Part shown: piece after piece, positions 36,796 to 49,319 of the stretch | How the letters are laid out: each line of letters opens with the position of its first letter | Position numbering within the stretch: position 1 is the first letter of the stretch | Origin: Sphyrna mokarran | Lineage: Eukaryota | Length of the DNA: 64,000 nucleotides | Direction: 5' to 3' | Assembly (NCBI GenBank): GCA_024679065.1 | Contig: JAGIQG010000012.1 | Location: 23,498,001 to 23,562,000, forward strand | The notes under the pieces: model-generated | What the model was told of the DNA's origin: nothing | Databases searched by the model: none | Seen by the model: only the letters and a program-made list of their open reading frames with translations | Program-made: the position numbers and the translations under genes

Positions 36796-37619
36796 CCTGT
36801 TTTCTCAAATGACCAATGTTCTAAAGAAAATGCTTCAAAGGCAGTCTTGAGCTTTCCTTGAACAACAATGTTGACATTAATGATTGATAGCAAACTCTTT
36901 TCAATCATTCCAAATGTCAATAACTTGTCCATCACGCTTTTGAGTCCTGTCTTAAAGATGAAGCAATGCAGTAGCGGAGAAGAAAATAAAGGAAATCCTG
37001 CAGTCCTGATCCCTCGTGAGATATCTTGCATCGTGTACCCAAAGATCTGTGGGCTTAAAATTCACTTTTGTGAAAATCTTGATCCTGAGTAGACTTTCTC
37101 CTCAAACAAGGGACAGCCATTGACAAGATTTCTTTAGTAGGGCTTTTGGCTGACTTTTCTGAAAGATCTTCTATCTTAATATCTATTCATAATTTTAAAA
37201 ATTCTCAATTTTTCAAAACCATTTCTTCAAGCATTCATACTGATTCCTTTTCCTTTGACATTCATTGATACCATGATACATTTTGTATGTTTAAAGGCAA
37301 TCTATATACAGTTAATCAGGTAGGATTAAATTTGGGTAAAAATTCCACGTTCTCAATTGAATGATCTGTAACCAACTAATATCGTATCTGAATCACAAGC
37401 AATGGCTGTATGGATGAGGTGCAAAGGAATGGATGGCATCTGTGAAGTTGTACGTTAGCAAGCAGTCAATATCTTCAGGAAGGGAAAAGAGGCTAAAGAG
37501 AAAAGTGAAACAGGGGCTTCTTAGATATTGCAGTTCTTGCAAGTATGGTTTATAAACCACGATGTTAAATTACATGATCATGTATTTTTTTGAATAACAA
37601 CTTCTATGTGATTTTAATA

Positions 37620-38560
37620 CACCAAAGCACAATGTGGCATTAGATCTGAAATAGAAGAAATGGAAATGAAAAGGGTTGAAGAAATGTATTTAGGCAATTA
37701 AGAGAATTCCAGAAAAGAGCAAAAAGGTGGAATAAAGTTATCACCAATGGTTGTGCAGTAGAATAATAGAGCAAAGATTGGAATCCATGTTAGAAAGGAG
37801 GTTAAAGCGTGGGAGTTGGTAGGAAGTTTTGCATTAAGTGAAGCTCTGGAAGGATTTGTAAATAACATTTGGAAATTCCAATGCAGTGAAGTTAAGGGGT
37901 AGTTTGCAACTGAACCTTGGTCCAAGGTGGAATGTGGTTGATCAACATTCTATTTAAGATCTGGTGACTAAGTCTGGTGAGGCAGCTATTGAAGGCGATT
38001 TCGTCGATTGCAAAAGTGTGGATGGATGTTTGTGTTATTTGGTGGGATAGGGCAGATGGATGGTGGGTAAAAGATAGACATGGATATGCTAAGTATTTTA
38101 GAGATTTGAAGTAAATGATCATGGAAATTCACTCATCAATTGTTAGGAAGGGATAATGAGCAAAATTTCTGGCAGGAACTATTAGATCAATTTGGATCTG
38201 TCACATTTTTTAATCTGGAAAATTAAAGATGTGTTGATAGGTGAGGATGGTGGGAAGATGTCAGGCCACTGAAAGATATGGTTGATTATTGTGAAAACTA
38301 AAGAAGCAGTAAGCATGCCTAAAGAAATGGAGCATTATGAACACTGACCTCAGTACAGAAAGTTCTTTGTTAGAATGCTGTTTTGGATAAGTACATTGAG
38401 ACATGAGTCTGGTTGGTTTGGTGATGGAGTAATAACAATTGTGGGTTGGATCTTGGAATGAGGTTTGGGCTGCAGCCAGAGAGCTAAGCAGCAAACATCA
38501 GTTTTAGAGATCCAGAAATGTATTAACTCCTGCATCCGAGGTAAGGACAGTAGAAGAGTT
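37620..38560 (-). mobile_element. Decayed L2-like LINE, antisense
   Basis: Purine-rich + strand with L2-antisense motifs such as aaaagcgtgggagttggtagg and aacaaacatcagttttagagatccag; weak evidence. Confidence 0.45.
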
Positions 38561-38677
38561 GAAGTTATTCAAAATATGTTTGATTAATATACCTTGATGA
38601 AATTTCCAATTTTTTTCTGACTTGTAAATCAGGAAAATTTTTTGTTTGTGAAGACCCAGTTTGATCATAACACATTT

Positions 38678-39220
38678 TGGGGTAGGATTTTCATTCCCTG
38701 GTTCCAATCCTGCCTTTGACGTAAACTGCAGATCAGGAATCCACCAATGCTGATAGCAGGTCCCAGAGGGAAATTTTAGGGGAAGCAGCCAATTAATGGC
38801 TGTCTCTGGGCCCTCTGTTCAATTAATGATGGTGGGCTGGCTCCCGAAACTGGAGTGCCAATTGGAAATTATCGAATGGACACTGCAGTTGTAGATGAGA
38901 GAACTTGAAGAGTTTACAATATTTTAAAATGTTCACATCTCCTAGGCTGTCATAATGAAGGGGGGTGGGGCGGGCGGGGCGGCGGCGGAATGGCCTAAGT
39001 GGCCACTTGCTGCAACTTAGAAAATTTCAGGCAGAGTCAAGAGAGTGCCCTTTAATAGATCCTGTAAATTGGTCTAATTATCTACTCACTGCTTGCAGGC
39101 AGTTAACAATCCCAGTCCTCAAGCAGCTACCTCCAAGATGTGCCAGAGGCTGGGTGCTATCACAAAATTACCGGCATATCTGCCTTCTAGCTCACTTGCA
39201 CAGCTCTGCAAAAATCATAT
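38678..39220. mobile_element. MITE-like non-autonomous DNA transposon remnant
   Basis: Starts ggggtaggattttc, like the other GGGxxGGATTTT-ended elements; GC-richer body with ccaattaatggc and ttaatt motifs; ends gcaaaaatc. Confidence 0.4.
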
Positions 39221-40099
39221 CTGAGCAGATTTAAACTGGCCTTCAAGAAACAGAAAAACCATAAAAAGGTTGACTTTTCATCTTCCTAATAGCACTATGG
39301 GTGTACCAGTGCCAGATGGAATGCAGTGCTTAAGAAGGTGGGTAACAAATGCTGGCCTTGACAGCCCATGAAAATGTTTTTGCCTCCACATAAATACACA
39401 CTAATACCCATTTATTTCTGAATAATTCAAATTTTGATACTCAAGTTGATTGATTCTGGAAATGATTTAACATTCCAATAATTGATGTAACATTAGCATT
39501 CTACAAGATTGTGCTGTTTGAGTCACTGCTGAATAATCAGCTTTAGGTAAGCAATATACTGCCATGGCATAACCTATTGAAATTTACTTTCCCTTTCTCT
39601 AATGGTTGCTAATGTTTGCATTGTAAATTAGAAAAGCAACTTCTTTACTTTGTCACTATTTTTATATGTGTATACACACACTGAGAATATAATAGGGGTC
39701 ACATCAATTCAAAAGCAATTAAATTAATGAACCAGGAAAGTGCATAATCTGCATCCCGTTATTTGAGTTTTTTTTTTAAAAAAAAAAGAATTTCCTGATG
39801 CATCAGGATCTGAGTGTTAAGGCTGCTGTATACTATGACTGTCAGAAGGCATTGGCCACTCTGGTAACTTGAAAGCACATTGGAAATTTGTGGTCCTAAT
39901 CATACGTGGGAAACCCAAGAGTAAGTACAGCGTTTTGATCCATAGCATTTTAACATGGGCATCTCACTATAATTTTACTTCTGCGTTTAGTACCAGTGGT
40001 ATTGTTCAGAACTGCATAGTATGATGTTACCTGGATTATTTAAAGGGCCTGTTCCATAAGTAGATTTGGAGACTTTGGGCCTTGGAAACTAGAGAAGAT

Positions 40100-41650
40100 G
40101 AATGGATTTAGGAAAGTCAAAGCCTGCTTTATTGGCACCCTTTTTAATCTGCAGAGAAAGATGCTTTTCCCGAGCAATAGGAGGAAAAAACTTGCTACTT
40201 CCATAAAAAGCTGCCACTGGAGGTGGCTGAGGAGATCAGCAGTCAGAATATTGTGCCATGCTCTTTGACTTAGTGCCGGAAGCGCTTTGGTGACACATTT
40301 GCCTACGTTTTATTAAATGCATCCCTCTGCATCCTCTGCCTATTCAAACCTACTTCATGACATCAATTCTCATGTCCACTTATCTTGCAAGTGTGCTCAT
40401 CCTTTTCTTTCTGTGCACTTACTTACACACCCAAATATCCATCCATCCATCACTGCAACCCACCTTTGTCCTTGGACAGCTTGCAGTCTATTCCTAATAA
40501 TCACCTTCATTTTAAATGCACTGTATCCATGTACTGTCTTTCATATGTCTGCCCTTCCCCCTTCTCAGAGCAGAGAGAGATGCAGAATACAACGGAGAGG
40601 GAGAGAACTCGAGTTGAATCTCCACAATTGACGATTGCAAAGGAGAAAGCAGTGGAGATGGGTGACATCCTGGCATCCCTGGCCATTGGAGGTGGAGATC
40701 CTACTGGTGATTGACTTAAATATATGCCGTAAACACTGTCATGTTAGCTTAATTGAAGCAGGGAGTGAAGCATGATCATCATCATTGTAATGATAAGTTA
40801 CATTATTTTTGACCTGCACTATTAATGAATATCTCTTTTCTCCACCAGGGTTGCAAGAGTACAAGATCGTGGATCTCTCAAAAAAAGATGATTTTGTTCT
40901 GAAGGAGCACTGTCACATGACTTGCTTACCATGCACCAACTCAGATATTCTCATTTGGTCTATTAGGTAGATGGATAGGTTTTCAACTGATGACTTACAA
41001 GTGAGCAAGAGCTGTCAGTGATGGCAAGGATGGCTGTGGAAAGTCTGTATCGGAGGTACATTTCCTTCCAAGCTCTGTTCATCTGAACACATGCAATTCC
41101 ACAATAACTGATGTGAAGGATATTCATTAGAGAAGCAGGAGAGAATATGCAACATACTGATTGGCTTTCCAATTAAACTATGTTTGCAGAGGGATTGGAA
41201 AGGTCCACCTTGAGCATAAGTGAGATATGTTGCAGGATATTATGATTTTATTTTGCATGGACAGAATGGTCAACTCCATGGAACATCAAACGTGGCAGTC
41301 AAATGTTTCACAGATACTTTGGTACATTGTTGTGCACTCTGTCTGGATGCTAACATGTCTATTGTTTTGAAAAGAATAGCAGATACTTTAGCCTTCCAGG
41401 GCTTCAAAGCTTTCTTCCAGCTGAGATGGTAACAGTGAAATGTGACAATTACATTTCTTACCCATTTCTACTTAAATTTGTACCTGACATGCTGCTTAGT
41501 GTTCAATAGCAATTGGTTAATGTTGATGGGGCTCCAAACTCTGGAGATTCACTGCTGAAATACTCTCGGATGATGGAGAAGGGATTTGAACAGCTTGCCT
41601 CTAACTTTGCTGAAGTCATGGGGGTTGCACCACTTAGAGTAGTAGGAAAG
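40100..41650 (+). mobile_element. Third Harbinger-like remnant, with a three-exon fossil Myb/SANT-like gene
   Basis: 40150-40275 reads RKMLFPSNRRKK...LEVAEEISSQNIVPCSLT*CRKRFGD. Acceptor ccttccccttctcagagcag precedes REMQNTTERERTRVESPQLTIAKEKAVEM...LAIGGGD. A further acceptor tcttttctccaccag ends at 40848. Confidence 0.6.
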
Positions 41651-41984
41651 GGAAGTATTTTGTAATTGCACAAGGATTATGTGCATGAGAAAACATGTGT
41701 TTTGAAATTTACGTTCTTCACTAAAATTACATGAATTTTTCTGGTTTCCACTACGTGCATCTTGCCATCGTTGATTGCTGGGAGGTAAGTCATCTTTGTT
41801 TTTAAACTTAAATGGGAGTTGATGGTGACCAAAGAGCTGATATGCACAGGCTAATTGGCTGTTTGTGTTCGTGACATGGGTTACAAGATTGCCTTCTCCA
41901 GGGGATCTCATTCCACTTCACTCTGGTTGGACAGAACCAGCCCTGCTTCTTAATCATACAACTAGTTTAGTATTAGTATGGAAT

Positions 41985-42237
41985 GGAAATTCTTACAGTG
42001 CAGAAGGAGGCCATTCATCTCATCAATTCTGCTCCAACTCCCTTTCCCAGCATAACCGTCGCATTTATAGGCTAATCCACCTGACCTGCATATCTTTGGA
42101 CTGTGACAGGAAACCAGACCACCTGGATGGATTCCACGTAGACATGTATTCCACGTAGGCTCCACTTGGTCACCCAAGGCTAGAACTGAATCTGGGTCCC
42201 TGGAGCTTGAAACAGCAGTGCTAACCATTGTGCCATT
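41985..42237 (-). mobile_element. HE1-type V-SINE
   Basis: cttacagtgcagaaggaggccattc...atctttggactgtgacaggaaaccagaccacc...ggtccctggagct...cagcagtgctaaccattgtgcca. Confidence 0.82.
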
Positions 42238-45139
42238 CTTTTTGCTTTTCGCCAGTGTGTTTGTAGTACAAACAGTCTTAAATAACCATGAATCAGTAAC
42301 ATTTAGAGCAAATCCAGTTAAAGCATTGTTAGGCTTTGAGATCTGAAACCCGAAGATATGTTATGAAGTTAGACTCAACCCCAACTATTTCCCATTAATG
42401 AGAATAGGATATTTCACTTCAGCCAAGATTTTATTGACAAACTAGGGAGCTTTTATCAAAATAAACATTATTGAACAGTGCAGTTTAATTGTAATGAAAG
42501 AAATACTTAATATTTAACATTTGAACAATACTTAAACATTACCAGATATAATTCTTAAATGCTAAACTATCACTATTCTTGCCAATTTGAGCAATATTCC
42601 TCTTGCAGGCTTAAAACCCCTCTTCAAAATCAGTTAGCAAACACAGGCTTGCGTAATATCCTAGAGCTTTTTGAAAACCTCCAGAGAGAGAGAATCTTTT
42701 CAGAGTATTAGAGAGCCACTCCTTTTAAACAGCTCTGGTCAGCAACTGCTCTTGATTTTAAATATTGTTTTTGATAACAGAACCTCAGTCGTCTTATCTT
42801 TACTCTTTGATTTCTCCTCCTGTCTCAACCTGTGGCTTTGTGATCTTGTTACTACACAGTTGGAAAAAGTCCCAGGACATGCTTCCTGCAGTACCTGAGT
42901 TTGATTTTCCGCTGAGTTTTCAACTCCAGTAGGCATCATTCCCCACTATGAACAAGCAGTGCTGTTACTCAGGGTAAACAGTATCCTTAAGAAAGTTAAT
43001 TTCTCTATTGCTCCAACCACCACTTTGCCATTTTTCACCAGACTTTCAACTGTACCTTATATAAAGGAACATACTTTTTTCACCATGAATTCCACATACA
43101 GGCATCTTTTCTGGCAATACTTTTTCCTGAACTACATACTTCATTTCTTGCCATTAAAAAGAACTTACTGCCATAAACTTCAAGATAATAACCTCTTTAC
43201 CTACTACTTGTACACATGAATAAACTGTAACCACAAAAGTAAATTCTTTAAAGAGAACTGACACTTCTCAACAATATCTCCAACAGGTGGTGCACCTCTT
43301 TAGCATTTGACTATGGTTTCTTTTACTACTTTGAGAACCCACTGCCTTATCTTCCCAGTGCTTTTCTTAAGCCACCAACTTTGGCTAAATTTATTACAGT
43401 GAAAATTACAGTTTTTTTTATTTCCCTTCCAGCCTCATGTTTCCTTTTAACCTTGCTGTCTCCATCAAGAACCCACTTGTTTCTACCACCTGAGGATTTC
43501 TCTTTTCCCAGTTTCTATTCTTCCCAGGCTGAAATTAATGTCGAAAGCCAAACCTCAACTTATGAACTAACTCACAATCAACTGCCATTTCTATTGCCAG
43601 TCTTGCAGCTTTAATCCTTTGCTCTTTCACATGAGTTCTGACTACTTTGAGAAGTGAATTTTTAAACTCTTTAAAATTTCCTGAAGAGCATCAGTTCTGT
43701 CTTGAATGCTCTTATTCAACTTACAAAGTTACTTTGTTCAATTCTTTCAAATTCTATATATGTTTGACCTGGTTCCTTCCTTCTAAACTTCTGTCTGTAG
43801 ATTTGTGATACTAGTTCATATGCACTTAAAACAGCTATTTTTCACTCATCATAATCCCTACATACCTCCTCTGATAATGATGCAAACACTTCACTGTCTC
43901 TACCTACCAACATGTCCACATGATCTATGGCCATTTTACTTACTTAGTATTTTCTCAAATGAAATTTAAAAAGCTTCTAAATCTTTCTAATCAAACTTTG
44001 GCAATATTTAAACAGATCCCCATCAGGCCTTTGACTGTGATGGTTTGTTTCTTCCTCACTGTCCTCATCACTACTCTGAGCTCTTAACATTGCCTTGCCA
44101 GTTTAAGTTGACATTTGCTTTACGGTTTCAGGAATTCAAAAAATCTCTTTCCCTTTCCCCCTCTTTCTCTTGCTTTTTGTTATTGCTATTCTTTATCTTT
44201 TTATTCTCCCAGGGGTATTATTGCTTTTACTTTTTCCCACTGCTTTTAATTGCAGTTCTAACTGTCTGAATTTTTTTTACCTGTTCAAACTGTATTAATT
44301 CTTTTCATTCCACTGTGATTGCCTCTCTCTCTTGCTTTTGCCATTCTCTTTCTCTTGTTTCTAATTCATGCTGTTTCATTTGTAACTAATTTCTAGCCAA
44401 TTCCAGTGCTTCTGGTAACTTTAAATGCTGAGCTATCATTGCAGAGATAATGAGCTGGTTAAAATTTTCTAGAATTCCATTGATTCTGGAATAACCCCAA
44501 TGGATTGAAAGTTAATAAATTTAACTATGCTATTCAAGAAAGGAAGCGAGAAAGCAGTGAACTACAGGCATGTTAGCATGATATCAGTTGTTGGAAATAC
44601 TTGAGTCTGTTAAGGAAGTCCTACTGCACTTAGAAAAGCATAGTATGTTCAGACAAAGTCAAGATTGATTTATGAAAGCAAAATCATAATAAATTTATTA
44701 TAGGTTTTGACAATGTAACTTGTAGAATAGGCAAGTGGAAAGCAAATAAATAGTTGTTTGGTAGCATGAATAAAAAATTTTTTTTGCCAAAGCTTTCTGT
44801 CTTGCACTTTACAGGACATTTGCAAGAGTACAATGCAAGGGAGATTAGCAAATTTATAGTATGACATGAGAGTCTTGATTAGTTGGCAAGTGAACTCTGG
44901 TAAAAGACATTGCCATGAAGCAAGGGTTTCCAAATTGGTGTCCACTGATCCCCAAGGATCTGTGAAGGTCTGCAAAACTGCTGGCCATCATGTGACTGGT
45001 AAACACTGATTTGAATATGCAAAATTCAAAAATAATTAACCTTCTATCATTTCAGACCTTGAGAATGTGCACCATTGCGTCTGTTTCAATGAAACAAAAT
45101 AAGTGACAGCCATTCACTGGTTTATTCATCCGGGCAATG

Positions 45140-45510
45140 CCTTGACTAGAATCAAGCTGCCTGGTTTAAATTCCAAACAATGCATGGCAGTTAACTCAGT
45201 CACCATCAACTGGTGCGTTCTCAATAGTAAGGTTTTCCCAATCTTGAGCCATGGAACTTCTAATGATCTCCCAAGAGCATTGAGGAATTCCAACCATTCT
45301 CATGATTTTGATGACTTTTGCTGTGAAATAGCTGTTTAAATGGCAAACAGTGCTTGGCAGTTAACTGCCTGTTACCTTTAACTGGTGCATTTTCCATGTC
45401 AAACCTCTACCAATCAGTGCACTCAAACAGTGTGAATTTGTTGAATTTCCTTGCATTGTATGCTTGTGGATGTCCTGCTGAATGAGTAAGGTAAAAAGCT
45501 TTGACCAAAA
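45140..45510 (+). mobile_element. Penelope-like pseudo-LTR remnant with an internal ~60-bp duplication and a degenerate hammerhead
   Basis: gtttaaat..caaaca.tgc.tggcagttaact...aactggtgc occurs at 45164-45221 and 45334-45396; core-like gtcCTGCTGA...aaaagctttgac at ~45472-45505. Confidence 0.6.
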
Positions 45511-45980
45511 AATTTTTTTTTTTTTGTAAGTAGTATACTTGAATTTCCAGAAGGCTTTCATAAATTCCCATGTATAGTTTGGTGGCTTGTGGAATTGGAA
45601 GTTATATATTTGCAAGGATGGAAGATTTTTAACAGGCAGAAAGCAGAGAGTAGGATAATGGGCATTTTAAAATTGACATACTGTGAATAGCGAAGGATCA
45701 GAGAATCAGTGCTAGGGTCTCAGCTATTTACTATTGATATTCATGACTTGTTTGAGGAGGCGGCAATACAAAGATAGGTGGGAATGTAAGCTGAGAGGAT
45801 GATGCACCGACTGTAAAAAGATGTAGATTAGTTGTGTAAATGAGCAACAAAGTGGCAGATGGTGTATAATGTGGGCATGTGTGAGGGAACTCGCTTTAGT
45901 AGTATGGAAAGAAAAACAGAATTTTTTTAAAAGGTGTAAAACTTGTAAATGTTAGTGTTCAGAGGGACAAGGAACACAAA

Positions 45981-46006
45981 TAGATATGTAGATATCTACA
46001 TATCTA
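45981..46006. repeat. Perfect 26-bp palindrome
   Basis: TAGATATGTAGATATCTACATATCTA equals its own reverse complement. Confidence 0.95.
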
Positions 46007-47439
46007 CAAATACGCATATAGATATGGCAAGCATTTAGGAAGGCAAGTGGCCTTACTGTAAGGGGATTGGAATAGATTCTTGGTCTACTGGATTGTGCCT
46101 CATGTAATTTGCACAGTAACTTGTATGCATGGAAAGTCCACTTGAATACTCCCTTTTATTCCACGGACTTTGAGGGTGTTTCTGGGGTTTTTTTCCCCCA
46201 GTGCTGTTGGGAGTCTGCTGAGCTTGTGCATGATGGGCCAACAGTTACATTTTCTTCCTTTTTGAGGAGGTTGACATTTTGTTTTGGGCCTTTAAAGGAG
46301 TCAAATTTGCACTTCCACTTGATTCAGTGCAAGTCATGGAACTATTTCTGTTTATACTTTTTCACCCAATCTTCTGCCATCTCAAGGTGTTAATTCTTTT
46401 GCTGATTTTCACTACCTTACAAGTGGCTATTACTCAAGTAAGTCTTCACATTGAGTGTTGGTAAGCTATTTGATAGGTGGCTGATCATTCAGTGTTCACT
46501 GATGTGTATTTCAAGTAGGGATTACTCTGTGATTGTGTGTGAGAATCCTAGAATTCCCACCCCCAAGTGTTCCTTCCTCTGTCCCAGTAGCTAATAGCAA
46601 AGATTCAACCTTTAAGCCTTGCCTAGCTCATCTTTGCACAAAGTTTGAGCCATCAGGAGAGCTTGGACTTGCGTGTTTCTGAACAGTTTAATGATGCGGC
46701 CATAACTATGCTCTCGCATTCATGAATTAAATAGGCTTGGCTTTGTTAATAATGGATATGTATTAGTAACAACTCAATCTTTTTCCACTTTGCAAAACAG
46801 AATTTTCTGAGCAAGAAATAGTTTGAAAGCAAATGAGCATGTGATTGATAGAAAAATTGGGCTGCTTTTAGCTATTTGTATAACCTGGGTAGGCATTTCT
46901 CAGATCTGCTGTTTTTTCCTTAAGACAGGTCTACCCCTTTAAGGTTGGTGAGACAATATCATGTTTCTATCTCTTTGATAAGCATGTGTGTGCTGCATGT
47001 GTTGCTACTGTTGGGAAAAGTTGTGCTTTGCCTAGAGGGATAGATTTTACCAACTGACCTGGGAATATGTGTAATTGGTTTGTAAGCTCAATACAAAGGG
47101 GTGCAGAATATTGCTAGTTTTTCCAGTCAATATCATTTTCTTCATCTGTTCTAGTTTATAAAGCTTACCTTGTCTGAATTTGTGAAGTCACCAAAGTGAT
47201 GAAACCTCTGGTTTATAAAGGTAATGCGCTGTAGACCCCTTTACATTTGAGAGCATAAAATATTTGTCTTTGTCTCTAATCTCTTCAAATGCTGGTTTTT
47301 GTCAGATCTTCTATCTACTTTTAAAGGTGAAATTCACAGTATAGTTATACTGTGACTATGCCACTGTATACCCTACATGTCTTTTCATGCCACCATCTCC
47401 CCTTTACAAAGAAAGTAGTGCAGAGTGAGAGAAGGACAG

Positions 47440-48520
47440 AAGGGGCAGCTTAATGTTCCAATATGAGATGTTTCAGGTGTGATAGAGGGGGATGTAAAAG
47501 GGGTGGGGGGAATTGCTGTATGGCGGGTGGACATCTGAGGGCTCATATAGTGAGGCAATATAGATAGAGGTCAAGAATAGAAAGGCTGTGGTCACAATGT
47601 TGGGTGTTTACTGTAAGCCTCCCAACAGTCAATGGGAGATAGAAGAACAGATATGTAGGCAGATTTTGGCAAGGTGTAAAAATAACAGGGTTATTGTAGT
47701 GGGTGATTTTAACTTGCCCTATGTTGACTGGACTTGCTTAGTGCTAGGGGTATGGATGGGGCAGAGTTTGTAAGGAGTATCCAGGAGGGCTTTGAGACAG
47801 TATGTAGATAGCCTAACTAGAGAAGGGGCCATACAAGACCTGCTTTTGGGCAATGAGCCTGTCTAGGTGGTGATGTTTCAGTAGGGGAGCAGTTCGGAAC
47901 AGTAATCACAATTCAGTAAGCTTTAAGGTACTGATGGATAAAGATAAGTCTAGTCCTCTGGTGAACTTGCTAAACTGGGAAAGGCTAATATAGGCAGGAA
48001 CTAAAAAATGTAGACTGGGGAGGACATTTGAGAGCAAGTTAATATCTGGCATGTGGGAGGCTTTCAAGTATAAGTTGATAGGAATTCAGGACTGGCATAT
48101 TCCTATAAGGATGAAGGATAAGTATGGCAAGTTTTGGGAACCTTGGATAAGATATTGTGAGCCTAGTCAAAAAGACAAAGGAAGCATTTGTCAAGGCTAG
48201 CAGGTTGAGAACACAAAGGAAGTGTGGGATAGAGTGGATAGCCAGAAGCTTTGTCCCATGGTGGAAAAGTCAGTTACTAGGGGACGTAGGTTTAAAGGAG
48301 ATATACGAGGCAAGCTTTTTACATGGATGATGGTGGATACCTAGAACCCGCTGCCAGCGGAAGTAGTGGAAGCAGATACAATAGTGACTTTTAAGGGACA
48401 TCTTGACAAATACATGAACAGGATGAGAATAGAGGGATATGATCCCGGAAGGATGGGGAGTATTAGTTCAGATGAGCACTATGGTTGGTGCAGGCTCAGA
48501 GGGCCAAAGGGTATGCTGTT
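47440..48520 (+). mobile_element. CR1 LINE derivative: endonuclease region joined directly to the 3' end, RT deleted
   Basis: ORF 47588-47773 gives LGVYCKPPNSQ...VIVVGDFNLPYVDW (APE-type EN); aacagtaatcacaat resembles SDHN. At ~48225 the sequence jumps to gatagagtggatagccagaagctt...actaggggac and the tail ggtgcaggctcagagggccaaaggg. Confidence 0.8.
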
Positions 48521-49319
48521 TGAGTAAGCCTGCATGCAATGCGGTCTGCTCCGTGTGGGAGTATAGATTTCCATTGCAGAGTTAATCAGATTCTCCTATG
48601 TACTCCTAAACATTCATTAGTATGTGCTCTGAAAAATAGTTTTACCAACTAAGTAACTATTATTTTGGATCAAGCTTTTTGCATAAACAAATATCCGGCA
48701 AGACACAGCTCATTCCTGTTCTGCCTGGTAAGAAGCAGCTGCTTTGCTCCCTTCTAACCATGCTGCAGACAAGTGAATTCCACAGTACAATTTTTACTGT
48801 TCAAAAACATAGATGGGCCTACTAAATAAGTTTTGAAAGCTGGTCATTCTGCCACAAAAATCTGAATTGATAAGTTATTGTATGCTTGCTATCGTTACAT
48901 GTCTGTTAATAAAAAGAAATGTGAAATGCAGAGACCAGCCAAGGAAGTGTGTGTGAAAATGGGAAGGAAATATCCTAATAGTATTTCTTTTACTTTTTAC
49001 TTAGCCAGTCCCTGCAAATTGCACTTGATTGGCAACATCTTGATATCATCTTTGATGCAAGAAGTGTTGTTATTATTCATGGTGTATCTTTTTGATGTTG
49101 AATGAAATGGAGATTGAGTGAATCTACACAGAATGTAATGTGATTAAATTAATCAAACATAATAAGATTGTTGCTGTTAGCTTAGTGTCACACTTTTTTC
49201 TATTGTGGACACGACACAATTTGAATGTTGGAACAGTGTAGGAAACTTGCAGCTTTGATTTTTGTGATATGTTAAAAATGGCATATACGTACAAGATGTT
49301 AATGTGATTCTCTAATTTA

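Larger units (their letters stand above)
44400..46130 (+). mobile_element. Decayed CR1 RT region split by nested insertions (hAT-like end at ~44921, Penelope-like remnant at 45140-45510)
   Basis: ctattcaagaaagga...aactacaggcatgttagc resembles LFKKG..NYRPVS. The element resumes at ~45545 with ttccagaaggcttt (FQKAF) and tcagtgctagggtctcagctattt (similar to SVLGPQLF). caagggtttccaaattggtgtccactgatcccc resembles a hAT/Charlie end. Confidence 0.7.
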
